A stretch of DNA of 24,646 bases from a virus (lineage: Duplodnaviria > Heunggongvirae > Uroviricota > Caudoviricetes). Positions 16,900 to 24,646 of the stretch are shown piece by piece. Within the stretch, counting starts at the first letter, position 1, and every line of letters starts with the position of its first letter. A model generated the notes under the pieces. That model searched no databases. It saw only the letters and a program-made list of their open reading frames with translations, and was not told where the DNA came from. The position numbers were made by a program, and so were the translations under genes. The stretch lies in IMG/VR virus record IMGVR_UViG_2663763286_000010, positions 1 to 24,646 of that record. One strand, given 5' to 3'.

Positions 16900-18489
16900 T
16901 TACTTAATAAGCAGCGGTACGCCCTGGATACGACGGGCTACGCCAGTCGGGCAGCAGGCCCAGACTACTTCCCATTTATCGAATTCCGCCTGCGTAACTT
17001 TCAGCACATACGGTTCTGTACCGTCAGCATCAGGATCACGAGGAGCCACCAGAGCGCCGGAGGCGACAAAGCGATCTAAAAGTTTGGTCATCCCTTTAGT
17101 CAGGCCAGCCGCAGTAATACCGTCCGGGCTATGCTTCATCTGTCGGGCTAACTGGACAAAGAAACGGCTGATTGCATTCATCAGGGATGGGACGTGCTGG
17201 AAGTGCAGATAGTTATCCTGCGTGCAGCAAGTTAAAGCATCGTCGATGATCATCTGGCCAGAGGTGCCAACAGATACTTTATTGAGACGGCCCTTGACCA
17301 TTGCTTCTTCGTCCGGGGTATCTTCCGGATACAGCGGTTGAATTGACGCACGAGCAATGACGGCACGTTCTTCACCAGCCGGTGAGTAATGCCAACCGCC
17401 GACATCAGAGTTTTTCTTGACGCCACGAGCTTTCGCCGCATACGCCGCGCCAGACAGACCGAAGACCACACGGGATTGGGTCCATTTGTCTTTGCAGGAG
17501 AACGGGAAGTGATAGACAGCACAGCTTACATAATCGGTACCAAGTAAACCGGTATCTTCAACAGCAGAGAGCGCTTCCGTATACGTCAATGTCGGTTTGA
17601 CATCAAAGAAGCCATCAATCAGGCGATCAGAACAGATATTACCTAACGCGGTGATCGCCGCATTGTCATAGCAACCCAGGCCGAGAACAGCGGTGTACAT
17701 GTACGGCGCATTGTTCAGCACCTTAACCGCACGCAGGTACGCAGCGGTTGAGATTTTCGACTGATCACCGTTGGTACCACCAGTGAACGCCAGCGATTTT
17801 TTATTTGTTACTTTCGCCGTCGAAATCAGCTCTTCATTAACAACCGCGCGCAGATATTTAGAACGGGCTTCCAGAGCCGTAGGCAGATAACACAAGCGGC
17901 CCATGTCATCTTTCGCTTCTTCCGCCAAAGACACAGTGTGTGTCTCCAGGGTCGTTACCACGCCGAGCGAAGTCGTCTGGGTCAGTTTTAAGAGGAAGCG
18001 TTCATTACCCGCGCTGTCCGCTGTTGCCGTTTCGATGGTTAACTCACGGGTAGGTGAAATACACGGATCACCATCATCAACGTAGATAGCAAAGGCTTCG
18101 CCACTATCAAGTTCAATTTCAGAACCGTATGGCAACGCACTGTAAGCCGGTTCGCCTGATTCATCGAACATAATAATCGGGAACTTCGCATCATCCGGAA
18201 CAGCACGAACAACATAACCTGACGTTTGCTGAATAGCTTCGTATACATGGCGAATTGGTTCGAACTGTGAGCCGGAAGACGGCTTCAGCGGTTCGCCGAG
18301 AACATCTTCGTAATTGGACTCAGTAACCGCAAGAACAGTAAACGGCTTGCCACGCGCAAATACGCCAATACCAGCCCACAAGCTGCTATTTAATGCAACA
18401 CCGGTAGATAACGTCGCATCGGCATTGATCGGGCTAACCGCGACGCCGGATGCATTACCTAATGACTGTTGAATTGAATATTGAGACAT
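16900..18489 (-). CDS. Contractile tail sheath protein (position of P1 gene 22)
   Basis: 529-aa ORF; C-terminal region FGLSGAAYAAKARG...GGWHYSPAGEERAVIARA resembles the conserved sheath-family W-x-A/S-P-A-G motif region. Confidence 0.65.
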   Translation of the reverse strand: MSQYSIQQSLGNASGVAVSPINADATLSTGVALNSSLWAGIGVFARGKPFTVLAVTESNYEDVLGEPLKPSSGSQFEPIRHVYEAIQQTSGYVVRAVPDDAKFPIIMFDESGEPAYSALPYGSEIELDSGEAFAIYVDDGDPCISPTRELTIETATADSAGNERFLLKLTQTTSLGVVTTLETHTVSLAEEAKDDMGRLCYLPTALEARSKYLRAVVNEELISTAKVTNKKSLAFTGGTNGDQSKISTAAYLRAVKVLNNAPYMYTAVLGLGCYDNAAITALGNICSDRLIDGFFDVKPTLTYTEALSAVEDTGLLGTDYVSCAVYHFPFSCKDKWTQSRVVFGLSGAAYAAKARGVKKNSDVGGWHYSPAGEERAVIARASIQPLYPEDTPDEEAMVKGRLNKVSVGTSGQMIIDDALTCCTQDNYLHFQHVPSLMNAISRFFVQLARQMKHSPDGITAAGLTKGMTKLLDRFVASGALVAPRDPDADGTEPYVLKVTQAEFDKWEVVWACCPTGVARRIQGVPLLIK

Positions 18490-18549
18490 AACTTTCCCTG
18501 TTATGCGCCCCGCACGGGGGCGCTATGTTAAACGGAGAACTTCCCCTGA

Positions 18550-20277
18550 TTACTCAGAGTCACCGGCATCAATCGTGTCGCCGCTTATGAAGTTAAGCCC
18601 GCCTTTTTTGGCCATTGTCAGCGTTACACGAGTGAAGTAATCAGCGCCGTTGCGTGGGTGCATATCGTTGATAGCAGAACCCCACAGCGTGGTACGGTTG
18701 ACCAGCGCCGGAGTGGTCGGATGCTGGAACGGGATGGCCGGGACAGCATCACCAGTCACGAAGCCTGCTTTACCCGGATTTTCATCACGGACGTAGCACA
18801 GCACATCCATCGAGCTGAACTGAATGTTCTCTGTCGTTAAGTTCTTACAAATACCAGCAGGTACTTCGTACACTTTCACGTTACCGAACAGGGTACCGAT
18901 GTAGTGAACATACGGAGTCTGGATATAGTCTTCGGCTGGCTGGAAGAAATCCTTCGGCAACTGTTTGAAGAAAGATGCTGCATCAGCACCAGCAAACATC
19001 CCCATCGCACCAGAAGATTTAACCCGCTCAATAATGTCGCGATATACAGTCTGGAATTTGCCACGAATGATGGTTGCCCATACATCAAAGGACTGGTTAA
19101 CCGGCAGAGCGATGTCAAAGGTGTCGGTCGCAAGAGTGCGCCAGATCATGATGCGAAGACGCAGCATATCCTGTTCATGAGACAGGTATTCCTTCAGGGT
19201 GCGGAACTGTAGGGAACCCAGGTCCAGACCAAATTCACGCTGTGCTTCATACGCCGCCTGTACCGTGTGCTCAGCCGCGATAACGAACTGACTTGGGAAC
19301 AGGGTGTATTTCTTCATTTCGTGGTTGATCAGCGGGATCAGCTCAGGAGCGGCTTCAATATTGATTTCCGTCTCAATTGCGATCTCAGTGCCTTTATCCG
19401 GCGCTTTGGAGAACGACAGGGCAATCTGACCAATGTTGTAGTTCAGAGAGCAGGTAACAGTGATTTGCTCACCAGCAGCATTAGTAAACGAGTGAAGTAG
19501 GCTGCCGGAACCGTTATCAACAACAGACTTAATACGGTTAACGTAGATGTTAGTGCGACCTTTTCGGATTGGTACATTCTGGCCTTCGAAGTCTTCCATC
19601 TTGAAGGTTGCGGTTTTGCTGGTGCCATCGGAGCTTGCCACCAGCACATAGCGGCGACGTAACTGGCTGTACACACCGACGGATTGCATGTCCAGAACAT
19701 CACCAGCAGCATAAGAACCAAAAGAGGAACCTGCCACGTTAAAGACTTCATAGATGTCGGACTGGTCACGCGTAACCGGAATGAAGGTACACGCATCAGC
19801 GGTAGCTGCCCCCAACTGAACAGGCAGGATCATCGCGAGGAATAAAGGCAGACGCATAACACCGTCAGAAACGCTCATCATCTCTGCTGCGACGGATTCC
19901 AACATCGCTTTATTAGTGGCATCCATGCTATTGCGGGTGGACTCAATCAGGCAGTTTTCCAGCGTCTGGTGGCAGGAGGCCAGAATTTCCGGACGCGGCA
20001 TAGATTTATGTGCTGCGGCGTAGTCAGCCAGTGCACTTGCCCACGCTGTAGCGATTTGAGCGGTGGCATTATCAGAGATACCCGCAAAAACCGGGTCTTT
20101 ACGTGCAGCTTCAAGGATAGATGCGGCACGCGCGGCATCATCTTTAATGAATTGGTTATCAGTACCGAACTGCGCAGTGCTTGCCCAGCCAAGCACAGCT
20201 TTAGAGCGTTTTGCGATATCTGCAATACGATTCTGGTATTCGCGTAAGTTACTCAATTTACTCTTCCTTAAACACAA
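18550..20277 (-). CDS. Large virion structural protein, candidate major head protein (position of P1 gene 23); start codon uncertain
   Basis: 575-aa ORF from a TTG at 20277; a second in-frame TTG seven codons downstream has an AGGAAG Shine-Dalgarno; the first ATG is about 90 codons in. Assignment by size and position next to parS as in P1. Confidence 0.45.
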   Translation of the reverse strand: MCLRKSKLSNLREYQNRIADIAKRSKAVLGWASTAQFGTDNQFIKDDAARAASILEAARKDPVFAGISDNATAQIATAWASALADYAAAHKSMPRPEILASCHQTLENCLIESTRNSMDATNKAMLESVAAEMMSVSDGVMRLPLFLAMILPVQLGAATADACTFIPVTRDQSDIYEVFNVAGSSFGSYAAGDVLDMQSVGVYSQLRRRYVLVASSDGTSKTATFKMEDFEGQNVPIRKGRTNIYVNRIKSVVDNGSGSLLHSFTNAAGEQITVTCSLNYNIGQIALSFSKAPDKGTEIAIETEINIEAAPELIPLINHEMKKYTLFPSQFVIAAEHTVQAAYEAQREFGLDLGSLQFRTLKEYLSHEQDMLRLRIMIWRTLATDTFDIALPVNQSFDVWATIIRGKFQTVYRDIIERVKSSGAMGMFAGADAASFFKQLPKDFFQPAEDYIQTPYVHYIGTLFGNVKVYEVPAGICKNLTTENIQFSSMDVLCYVRDENPGKAGFVTGDAVPAIPFQHPTTPALVNRTTLWGSAINDMHPRNGADYFTRVTLTMAKKGGLNFISGDTIDAGDSE

Positions 20278-20395
20278 GGCACTTGTGTGAATCCCTTTTC
20301 GGAAGAGATTTTATTGAAAGTCACTTGTTGACTTTCTCGTGACAAGTAATTTTTTTATTTTTTTCGGGAGTAGGGGAGGAAGGTAAAATCCAAGG

Positions 20396-20480
20396 TGAAA
20401 TCGTGGCGATTTCACCTTGAAATTTTAGAGGCATTTACTTTAAAAACAGTAGGTTAATAGTGAAATTTGAATGGCGAAAG
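20396..20480. promoter_or_regulatory. parS: parS partition site (heptamer box A ATTTCAC/ATTTCAA and hexamer box B TCGCCA motifs flanking an AT-rich IHF-type spacer)
   Basis: Sequence GTGAAATCGTGGCGATTTCACCTTGAAATTTTAGAGGCATTTACTTTAAAAACAGTAGGTTAATAGTGAAATTTGAATGGCGAAA directly after the parB stop; matches the P1 parS organisation. Confidence 0.85.
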
Positions 20481-20481
20481 T

Positions 20482-21483
20482 TTAAGGCTTCGGCTTTTTA
20501 TCGAGGCTCTTTCTAAGGATATGCCCAATCATCCTGTCGAGTTCTTCCTGTAGCTCTTTTGAAAGTCGATTAAACTCATAAGAAAATGCACGGCCTTTCA
20601 CGCGCTTCCTTGCAAAGCGATCCTTGTCCTCAAATTTCCATAATTCAGTAACTACGGACTTATCTTTAGAACCTTTATCCGTGAGTAGTGAGGCTTCCTT
20701 TGTTATCAAGCGCAGGATTTTATTTTTAACTTCATCTTCGGCCATTTCTTCAATGGATAAGATGTCGTTTATTTCCGGGGATATGTTTTGAATAAGCTGA
20801 TCAAACTCTAAATTCTTGTTCCCCATTTCGTCGCCAACAGCACAAAGCGTTTTGTAGTCCGAAAAGGTTAATTCCGACTGCACAGGGAAAAGGGCGACTA
20901 ATTCTTCCGGAGCACTCGCTGCCTGGAGAGCACGCGTGACCTTCGCCTGAGACAGCCCTTCTTTGGCTGCAATATCCTTCTGACTCATCCCATCATTTTT
21001 CATTCGCATCAAACGCAGACCTATTTCTCGAATGCTGTGCTGCAATGCTGTCTGAACGTCTTTCGCTAAATTTTGCGCTTCCTGAACGCTGATCTCCTGG
21101 TCCGTGACTAAAACCCGCAACCCTACGTTCTCTAAGATGGCAGAAGCTCGACGCCGGGAACCATCCAAAATTTCAATTTTCCCTGTAGCCCGTCTAACAC
21201 CTATTGCAGGGTAAAATTGCTGATGCTTAATAGTGCTTCGGATACTTTTTAATGATTTTGGCGTAAGAGATGCCTGATCACGCCCGTTGTTATGCTGATC
21301 AACAAAGGTATCGCTTTCTACCTGGTTCGGAGGAATTATCTCCTCGATAAATGTGGCCTGGCGACCAGTTGATAACTTGAATACCTGCTCGACTCGATCG
21401 CCAGAGGCTGAAGAACTATCAAATCCGCTTAATATTGAAGGATTAAGGGTTCGCCCAATTGTTGGTCTGTTTTTCTTTGACAT
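20482..21483 (-). CDS. parB: ParB partition protein (centromere-binding), P1 type, 333 aa
   Basis: ORF MSKKNRPTIGRTLNPSILSGFDSS...; ParB-fold motif GRRRASAILENVGLRVLV; immediately downstream of parA and upstream of parS. Confidence 0.95.
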   Translation of the reverse strand: MSKKNRPTIGRTLNPSILSGFDSSSASGDRVEQVFKLSTGRQATFIEEIIPPNQVESDTFVDQHNNGRDQASLTPKSLKSIRSTIKHQQFYPAIGVRRATGKIEILDGSRRRASAILENVGLRVLVTDQEISVQEAQNLAKDVQTALQHSIREIGLRLMRMKNDGMSQKDIAAKEGLSQAKVTRALQAASAPEELVALFPVQSELTFSDYKTLCAVGDEMGNKNLEFDQLIQNISPEINDILSIEEMAEDEVKNKILRLITKEASLLTDKGSKDKSVVTELWKFEDKDRFARKRVKGRAFSYEFNRLSKELQEELDRMIGHILRKSLDKKPKP

Positions 21484-21499
21484 GGGGGTTTCTTACTCC

Positions 21500-22696
21500 T
21501 CAGTTAGATCTGATAAATTCAATACGGTCAAAAACTGCTTTAGCAAAATCTTCCGCGGCAATTCGCGCGTTCTTCAATGCATCAGCACTACCAACATACG
21601 TTGCCGGGTTAGCTGAAATAACAGTGTCAAAAGACTCGCCGCAACGTTCAAAACCGTCAAGGCGTGGGAGGACGACATCTAGCATATCCCCACCGAACAC
21701 TTCTTTAGCCAGGCTATGGCAATACTTATGATCTGCCTTGTTACTCAACTTGGACATAAAACCAATGTTAGTCGCAAGCTGGCACTCGCAGCCTTCATCC
21801 GAAATGAGTTTCACCAACTCAGGAAGGCGGGCAACGTATTTAAGCGATGAGTGGAAATCGACAGTTGCTGGCGGCAGAGGTGTAAACAGTATATTGGCCG
21901 AGGCCAAAGCATTTTTCAGGAAGGCGTCAAGGTGAGGACCACTATCAACGAGGATAAAGTCATAATCGCTCTTCAGCTTATCAATCACATTTTCTTTCAG
22001 GACAGCATGGATGTTCTGACCCGGTAGATGCTCATTGCACAGCTCTCTCCAATCGGATGCAATAAAGGCATCGTCAATCGACGCAGGCATAACGTCAACC
22101 CCAGGTACAACAGAAGGAACAATAAACTCCTCTAACAGCTCTTCACGGCTTACATTCTGCAACATAGCCTGTGCAGATGTTGCGTTTACGATACCAATAG
22201 AGTGTTTATGGCTTAAAAACATCGTTGCTGAAGATTGCGGATCAAGGTCAATAACCAGAATCCTTAAATCTTCCATCAGAAGATGAGGGTGGGCACGCAT
22301 TGCATGCGCCAGAGAAACCGTCGATACAGTTTTTGACACACCGCCTTTAAGATTGGAGATGAAAATCACATACGCTTCGCTGTAGCGATCCCGGTATTTT
22401 GGCACTCCGCGATGTTCATATATGTCAATGATGTTCTGAATTGACATCGCATATTTCATTGAAGAGCCAGCAGGGCGTTTATCGAAAACATAACCCTTTT
22501 CTTCCATTTCACTTACGGCATAGTCAACGTTCGCTCGAGTCAGTAGAGGCAATTTTGCCAGTGCCGCTTTCGCATAGACCTGGTAAAACTCGTTCGCGTG
22601 TAGCTCATCCTTTTGCAACTGTACTTGTTCAGTCAGAACATTGAGCATTCTGTTTGCTCTTTGAGCAACCTTGTGAAGCTGGCTGGAATCACTCAT
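21500..22696 (-). CDS. parA: ParA partition ATPase (type Ia, with N-terminal DNA-binding extension), P1 type, 398 aa
   Basis: Deviant Walker A motif SNLKGGVSKTVSTVSLA; long N-terminal extension typical of type Ia ParA; operon with parB. Confidence 0.95.
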   Translation of the reverse strand: MSDSSQLHKVAQRANRMLNVLTEQVQLQKDELHANEFYQVYAKAALAKLPLLTRANVDYAVSEMEEKGYVFDKRPAGSSMKYAMSIQNIIDIYEHRGVPKYRDRYSEAYVIFISNLKGGVSKTVSTVSLAHAMRAHPHLLMEDLRILVIDLDPQSSATMFLSHKHSIGIVNATSAQAMLQNVSREELLEEFIVPSVVPGVDVMPASIDDAFIASDWRELCNEHLPGQNIHAVLKENVIDKLKSDYDFILVDSGPHLDAFLKNALASANILFTPLPPATVDFHSSLKYVARLPELVKLISDEGCECQLATNIGFMSKLSNKADHKYCHSLAKEVFGGDMLDVVLPRLDGFERCGESFDTVISANPATYVGSADALKNARIAAEDFAKAVFDRIEFIRSN

Positions 22697-22699
22697 CGA

Positions 22700-22770
22700 A
22701 AGTCATCCTTTATGCTGTATTTTTGAATTTAATTAAAAATGCTGCATAAAATAATAATGTATGCGTAGAT
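22700..22770 (-). promoter_or_regulatory. parAB promoter/operator region (AT-rich palindrome TTTAATTAAA)
   Basis: AT-rich region immediately upstream of the parA start containing a palindromic element; position matches the ParA-autoregulated parOP of P1. Exact -35/-10 not assigned. Confidence 0.45.
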
Positions 22771-22969
22771 GCTTGTACATAGCATTCTCTGCATGTTTAC
22801 TCCTTTGCCAAGTGTGTCACAACATGCTTTGGCATCCTCCACGCATAAAGGACGCGGATTTCTTCTATGTTCAGGTTGTAGCCTGAATCATTTTGGTGAT
22901 TTCCTGCTTCAACGAGCAGCCAGGCTTCACTCTCTATCAACTGGTGAGAACGGCTTGCCCGGCAGCTTC

Positions 22970-23254
22970 GATGTGTGCTGGAGGGAGAATAAAAGTCTAA
23001 GATGTGCGATAGAGGGAAGTCGCATTGAATTATGTGCTGTGGAGGGATCGCTGGTATCAAATATGTGTGCTGGAGGGAAAGACAGAGAATTACATGTGCA
23101 CTGGAGGGAAAAGCGGATGGACAGATGTGTGCTGGAGGGAAAGACTGGGCAAACTGAGGGGCGTCCCCCTCCAGCGCACATCAAAAACAGGAAATTGGAC
23201 AAGCCTTCCCGGCAGCACACATCTTTTTAATGCGGTTTCCCTCCAGCACACACT
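22970..23254. repeat. incA: incA: nine 19-bp RepA-binding iterons (six in one orientation, three inverted) downstream of repA
   Basis: Repeats of GATGTGTGCTGGAGGGAAA-like sequence at about 22970, 23001, 23031, 23063, 23094, 23125 and inverted copies (TTTCCCTCCAGCACACATC-like) at about 23164, 23206, 23237. Confidence 0.9.
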
Positions 23255-24114
23255 TATTCGGGGAGTTTCAGCTTTGGATTGCGAGAATGGACGATTACAA
23301 AACTTTCCCGGCCTTTCTTCTCAATTGAACAGTCGAGATAGCCGATTGTTTTAAGCTGTTCTATCGCTTTCTTAATGATACGGTTTTGCTCGCCAACAGC
23401 TGACTGCAAAGCCAGGCGCTCACGGATTCGCGCGAACGATAGTGGCAACGGGTTCTGCGGAAGGCTTTCGATGAAGGTGTAAATGGCTTGTGCAGCTTCT
23501 TTCTTGGGAAGGGCACGCAAGGCGTGGTGTTGCAACAGAACGCGATAATCAAGCTGGAACAGCTCCCACAGCTTCGAATCAGCCTCCAGCTCTATCAGAT
23601 CAAGGTCAGCATCAAAACGCCCGACCTTCAGCAGACCAGTCTGATAGCCGCCTTTAGCATCTTTTCCGCGCTTAAAAGCGATACCCTTGTTACGCAAGCG
23701 TCCAAGTGATTCATGAATGGTTAAACGCAGTTTCGCATCCAGACGTTTTGAGGGGAAACCACAGGCTTTAGCGAATTCCTGAAACGATAACTGGATGGTG
23801 TTTGAGGACAAGCCGTATTTGCTGAACGCGTAGATGACACCGATCCACGTTTTGAAATCAGTATCCATATCGAGTCGAGGACCGGTGATTTTAATATCAT
23901 CGTAACCCTCGGCTTTAGCTATCTCCAGCTGGGAAAACGCTTTGGTAGCATCAATCTCTTTACTTTCTCCTTTGCTCTTTGATGGCTTCGGCACGAATAC
24001 CCCCAAGCGCATCAACGCTACAGGCTGCACAGTGTTGTTTGAATTAACTGTTAGTTCTTTTGCCTTACTTTCAATGTCTGCGTAAAGAATATCGGAGATA
24101 AATGATTGATTCAT
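23254..24114 (-). CDS. repA: RepA plasmid replication initiator (iteron-binding), P1 type, 286 aa
   Basis: ORF MNQSFISDILYADIESKAKELTVNSNN... flanked by incC iterons upstream and incA iterons downstream, exactly the P1 R-replicon layout. Confidence 0.95.
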   Translation of the reverse strand: MNQSFISDILYADIESKAKELTVNSNNTVQPVALMRLGVFVPKPSKSKGESKEIDATKAFSQLEIAKAEGYDDIKITGPRLDMDTDFKTWIGVIYAFSKYGLSSNTIQLSFQEFAKACGFPSKRLDAKLRLTIHESLGRLRNKGIAFKRGKDAKGGYQTGLLKVGRFDADLDLIELEADSKLWELFQLDYRVLLQHHALRALPKKEAAQAIYTFIESLPQNPLPLSFARIRERLALQSAVGEQNRIIKKAIEQLKTIGYLDCSIEKKGRESFVIVHSRNPKLKLPE

Positions 24115-24123
24115 ATTACTTTT

Positions 24124-24395
24124 TCCGAATTATGTGGATAGTTTTTATAAGCGGTGATAACTACCCAGGCTTTCCCGTCAGCACACATCCTATATCCCGC
24201 CAGCACACATTAGCAACCCGTCAGCACACATTTTTTTCCCTCCAGCGCACATCATTTTCCCTCCAGCACACATCGCGAAAGGCTTCTAAGCCAGACGGGG
24301 CGCGGCCTACGACGATCAGGGATCTATATGGATCTAATTGGGATCTGTATGGACCTGATTATTGGATCTATCCAGTGGATAATGTGGATAAGTGA
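24124..24395. promoter_or_regulatory. oriR plasmid origin of replication: DnaA boxes at both ends (TGTGGATAG at 24133-24141 (8/9 match); GTGGATAAT/TGTGGATAA at 24375-24391), five GATC Dam sites in 7-bp repeats (about 24314-24370), and the incC iterons
   Basis: Five GATC sites in GGATCTA/GGATCTG heptamers; DnaA box consensus TTATCCACA present as reverse complement; arrangement matches the P1 oriR. Confidence 0.85.
24170..24274. repeat. incC: incC: five 19-bp iterons overlapping the repA promoter (part of oriR)
   Basis: Five tandem copies of TTTCCC(G/T)(T/C)CAGCACACAT-like sequence at about 24170, 24192, 24214, 24235, 24256. Confidence 0.9.
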
Positions 24396-24485
24396 AAAAC
24401 CGGCCACTGAGGACCGATTTCTGTGAAGGGTTGAAGCGAATTAGTTGTCGTTTTCCGTACCTACTTCTTCGATCAACAAACTACT

Positions 24486-24646
24486 TGAACCGCCCCGGGT
24501 TTCCTGGAGAGTATTTTATCTGTGAACTCAGGCTGCCAGATCATTATTTCCGATGGAAGCATAATAAGCTTTTTCTGCTTCTGCCGGAGGAATATGGCCC
24601 AGCCTTTCCAGCAATCGTCGATTGTTATACCAGTCCACCCACGTTA
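24486..24646 (-). mobile_element. Partial IS3-family insertion sequence (IS629-like), terminal inverted repeat starting at 24486 and extending beyond the window end; same orientation as the copy at 1-381
   Basis: TGAACCGCCCCGGGTTTCCTGGAGAGTATTTTATCTGTGAACTC at 24486 onward is the opposite-end repeat to the one at 342-381 (imperfect inverted repeats). Confidence 0.85.
24528..24646 (-). CDS. IS3-family transposase OrfB, C-terminal 38 codons only (gene continues beyond the window)
   Basis: Minus-strand translation ...TWVDWYNNRRLLERLGHIPPAEAEKAYYASIGNNDLAA* ends 41 bp inside the terminal repeat, as expected for an IS3-family orfB. Confidence 0.7.
   Translation of the reverse strand, partial: TWVDWYNNRRLLERLGHIPPAEAEKAYYASIGNNDLAA

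Noticed and set aside
16214-17212. Plus-strand ORFs (16214-16459, 16645-17079, 16883-17212) over the acidic-protein and sheath genes
   Set aside because: Ser/Ala/Arg-rich translations opposite a GA-rich coding strand; no RBS; overlap better-supported genes.
22769-23354. Plus- and minus-strand ORFs (22769-23230, 22927-23220, 23025-23354) across incA
   Set aside because: They read through the iteron array; their translations repeat CAGGK/LEGK peptides, reflecting the DNA repeats rather than a protein.
22970-24274. Arrays of 19-bp direct repeats with short spacers that could be mistaken for a CRISPR array
   Set aside because: The repeats are RepA iterons (incA and incC) flanking repA; they switch orientation within incA, the spacers are only about 12-15 bp and irregular, and there are no cas genes.

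Overview
This window is a roughly 24.1 kb segment of a P1-like phage-plasmid (bacteriophage P1 family), bracketed at both ends by partial copies of an IS3-family (IS629-like) insertion sequence in the same orientation. From left to right it carries: the IS end with a complete orfA (1-381); a minus-strand tail/baseplate morphogenesis block (379-8247) that includes the sit tape-measure/lytic-transglycosylase gene, which is split by an in-frame TAA; an AT-rich three-gene accessory cluster (8402-10686) encoding two signal-peptide proteins and a membrane-anchored coiled-coil/SH3b-like protein; the immI-type immunity and lytic-replicon block on the plus strand (C1 operator, c4 region, icd, ant, kilA, repL); a hok/mok type I toxin locus with a Gef-like 51-aa toxin that the ORF track missed; a second minus-strand virion block (candidate major head and tail sheath genes); and the complete P1 plasmid maintenance module (parS, parB, parA, incA iterons, repA, incC/oriR with GATC and DnaA boxes). 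The strongest candidate for an undescribed system is the accessory cluster at 8402-10686, where one secreted protein ends in a motif shared with Sit, suggesting superinfection exclusion by mimicry. All product names rest on my reading of the translated ORFs and recalled P1 biology; no database search was run.
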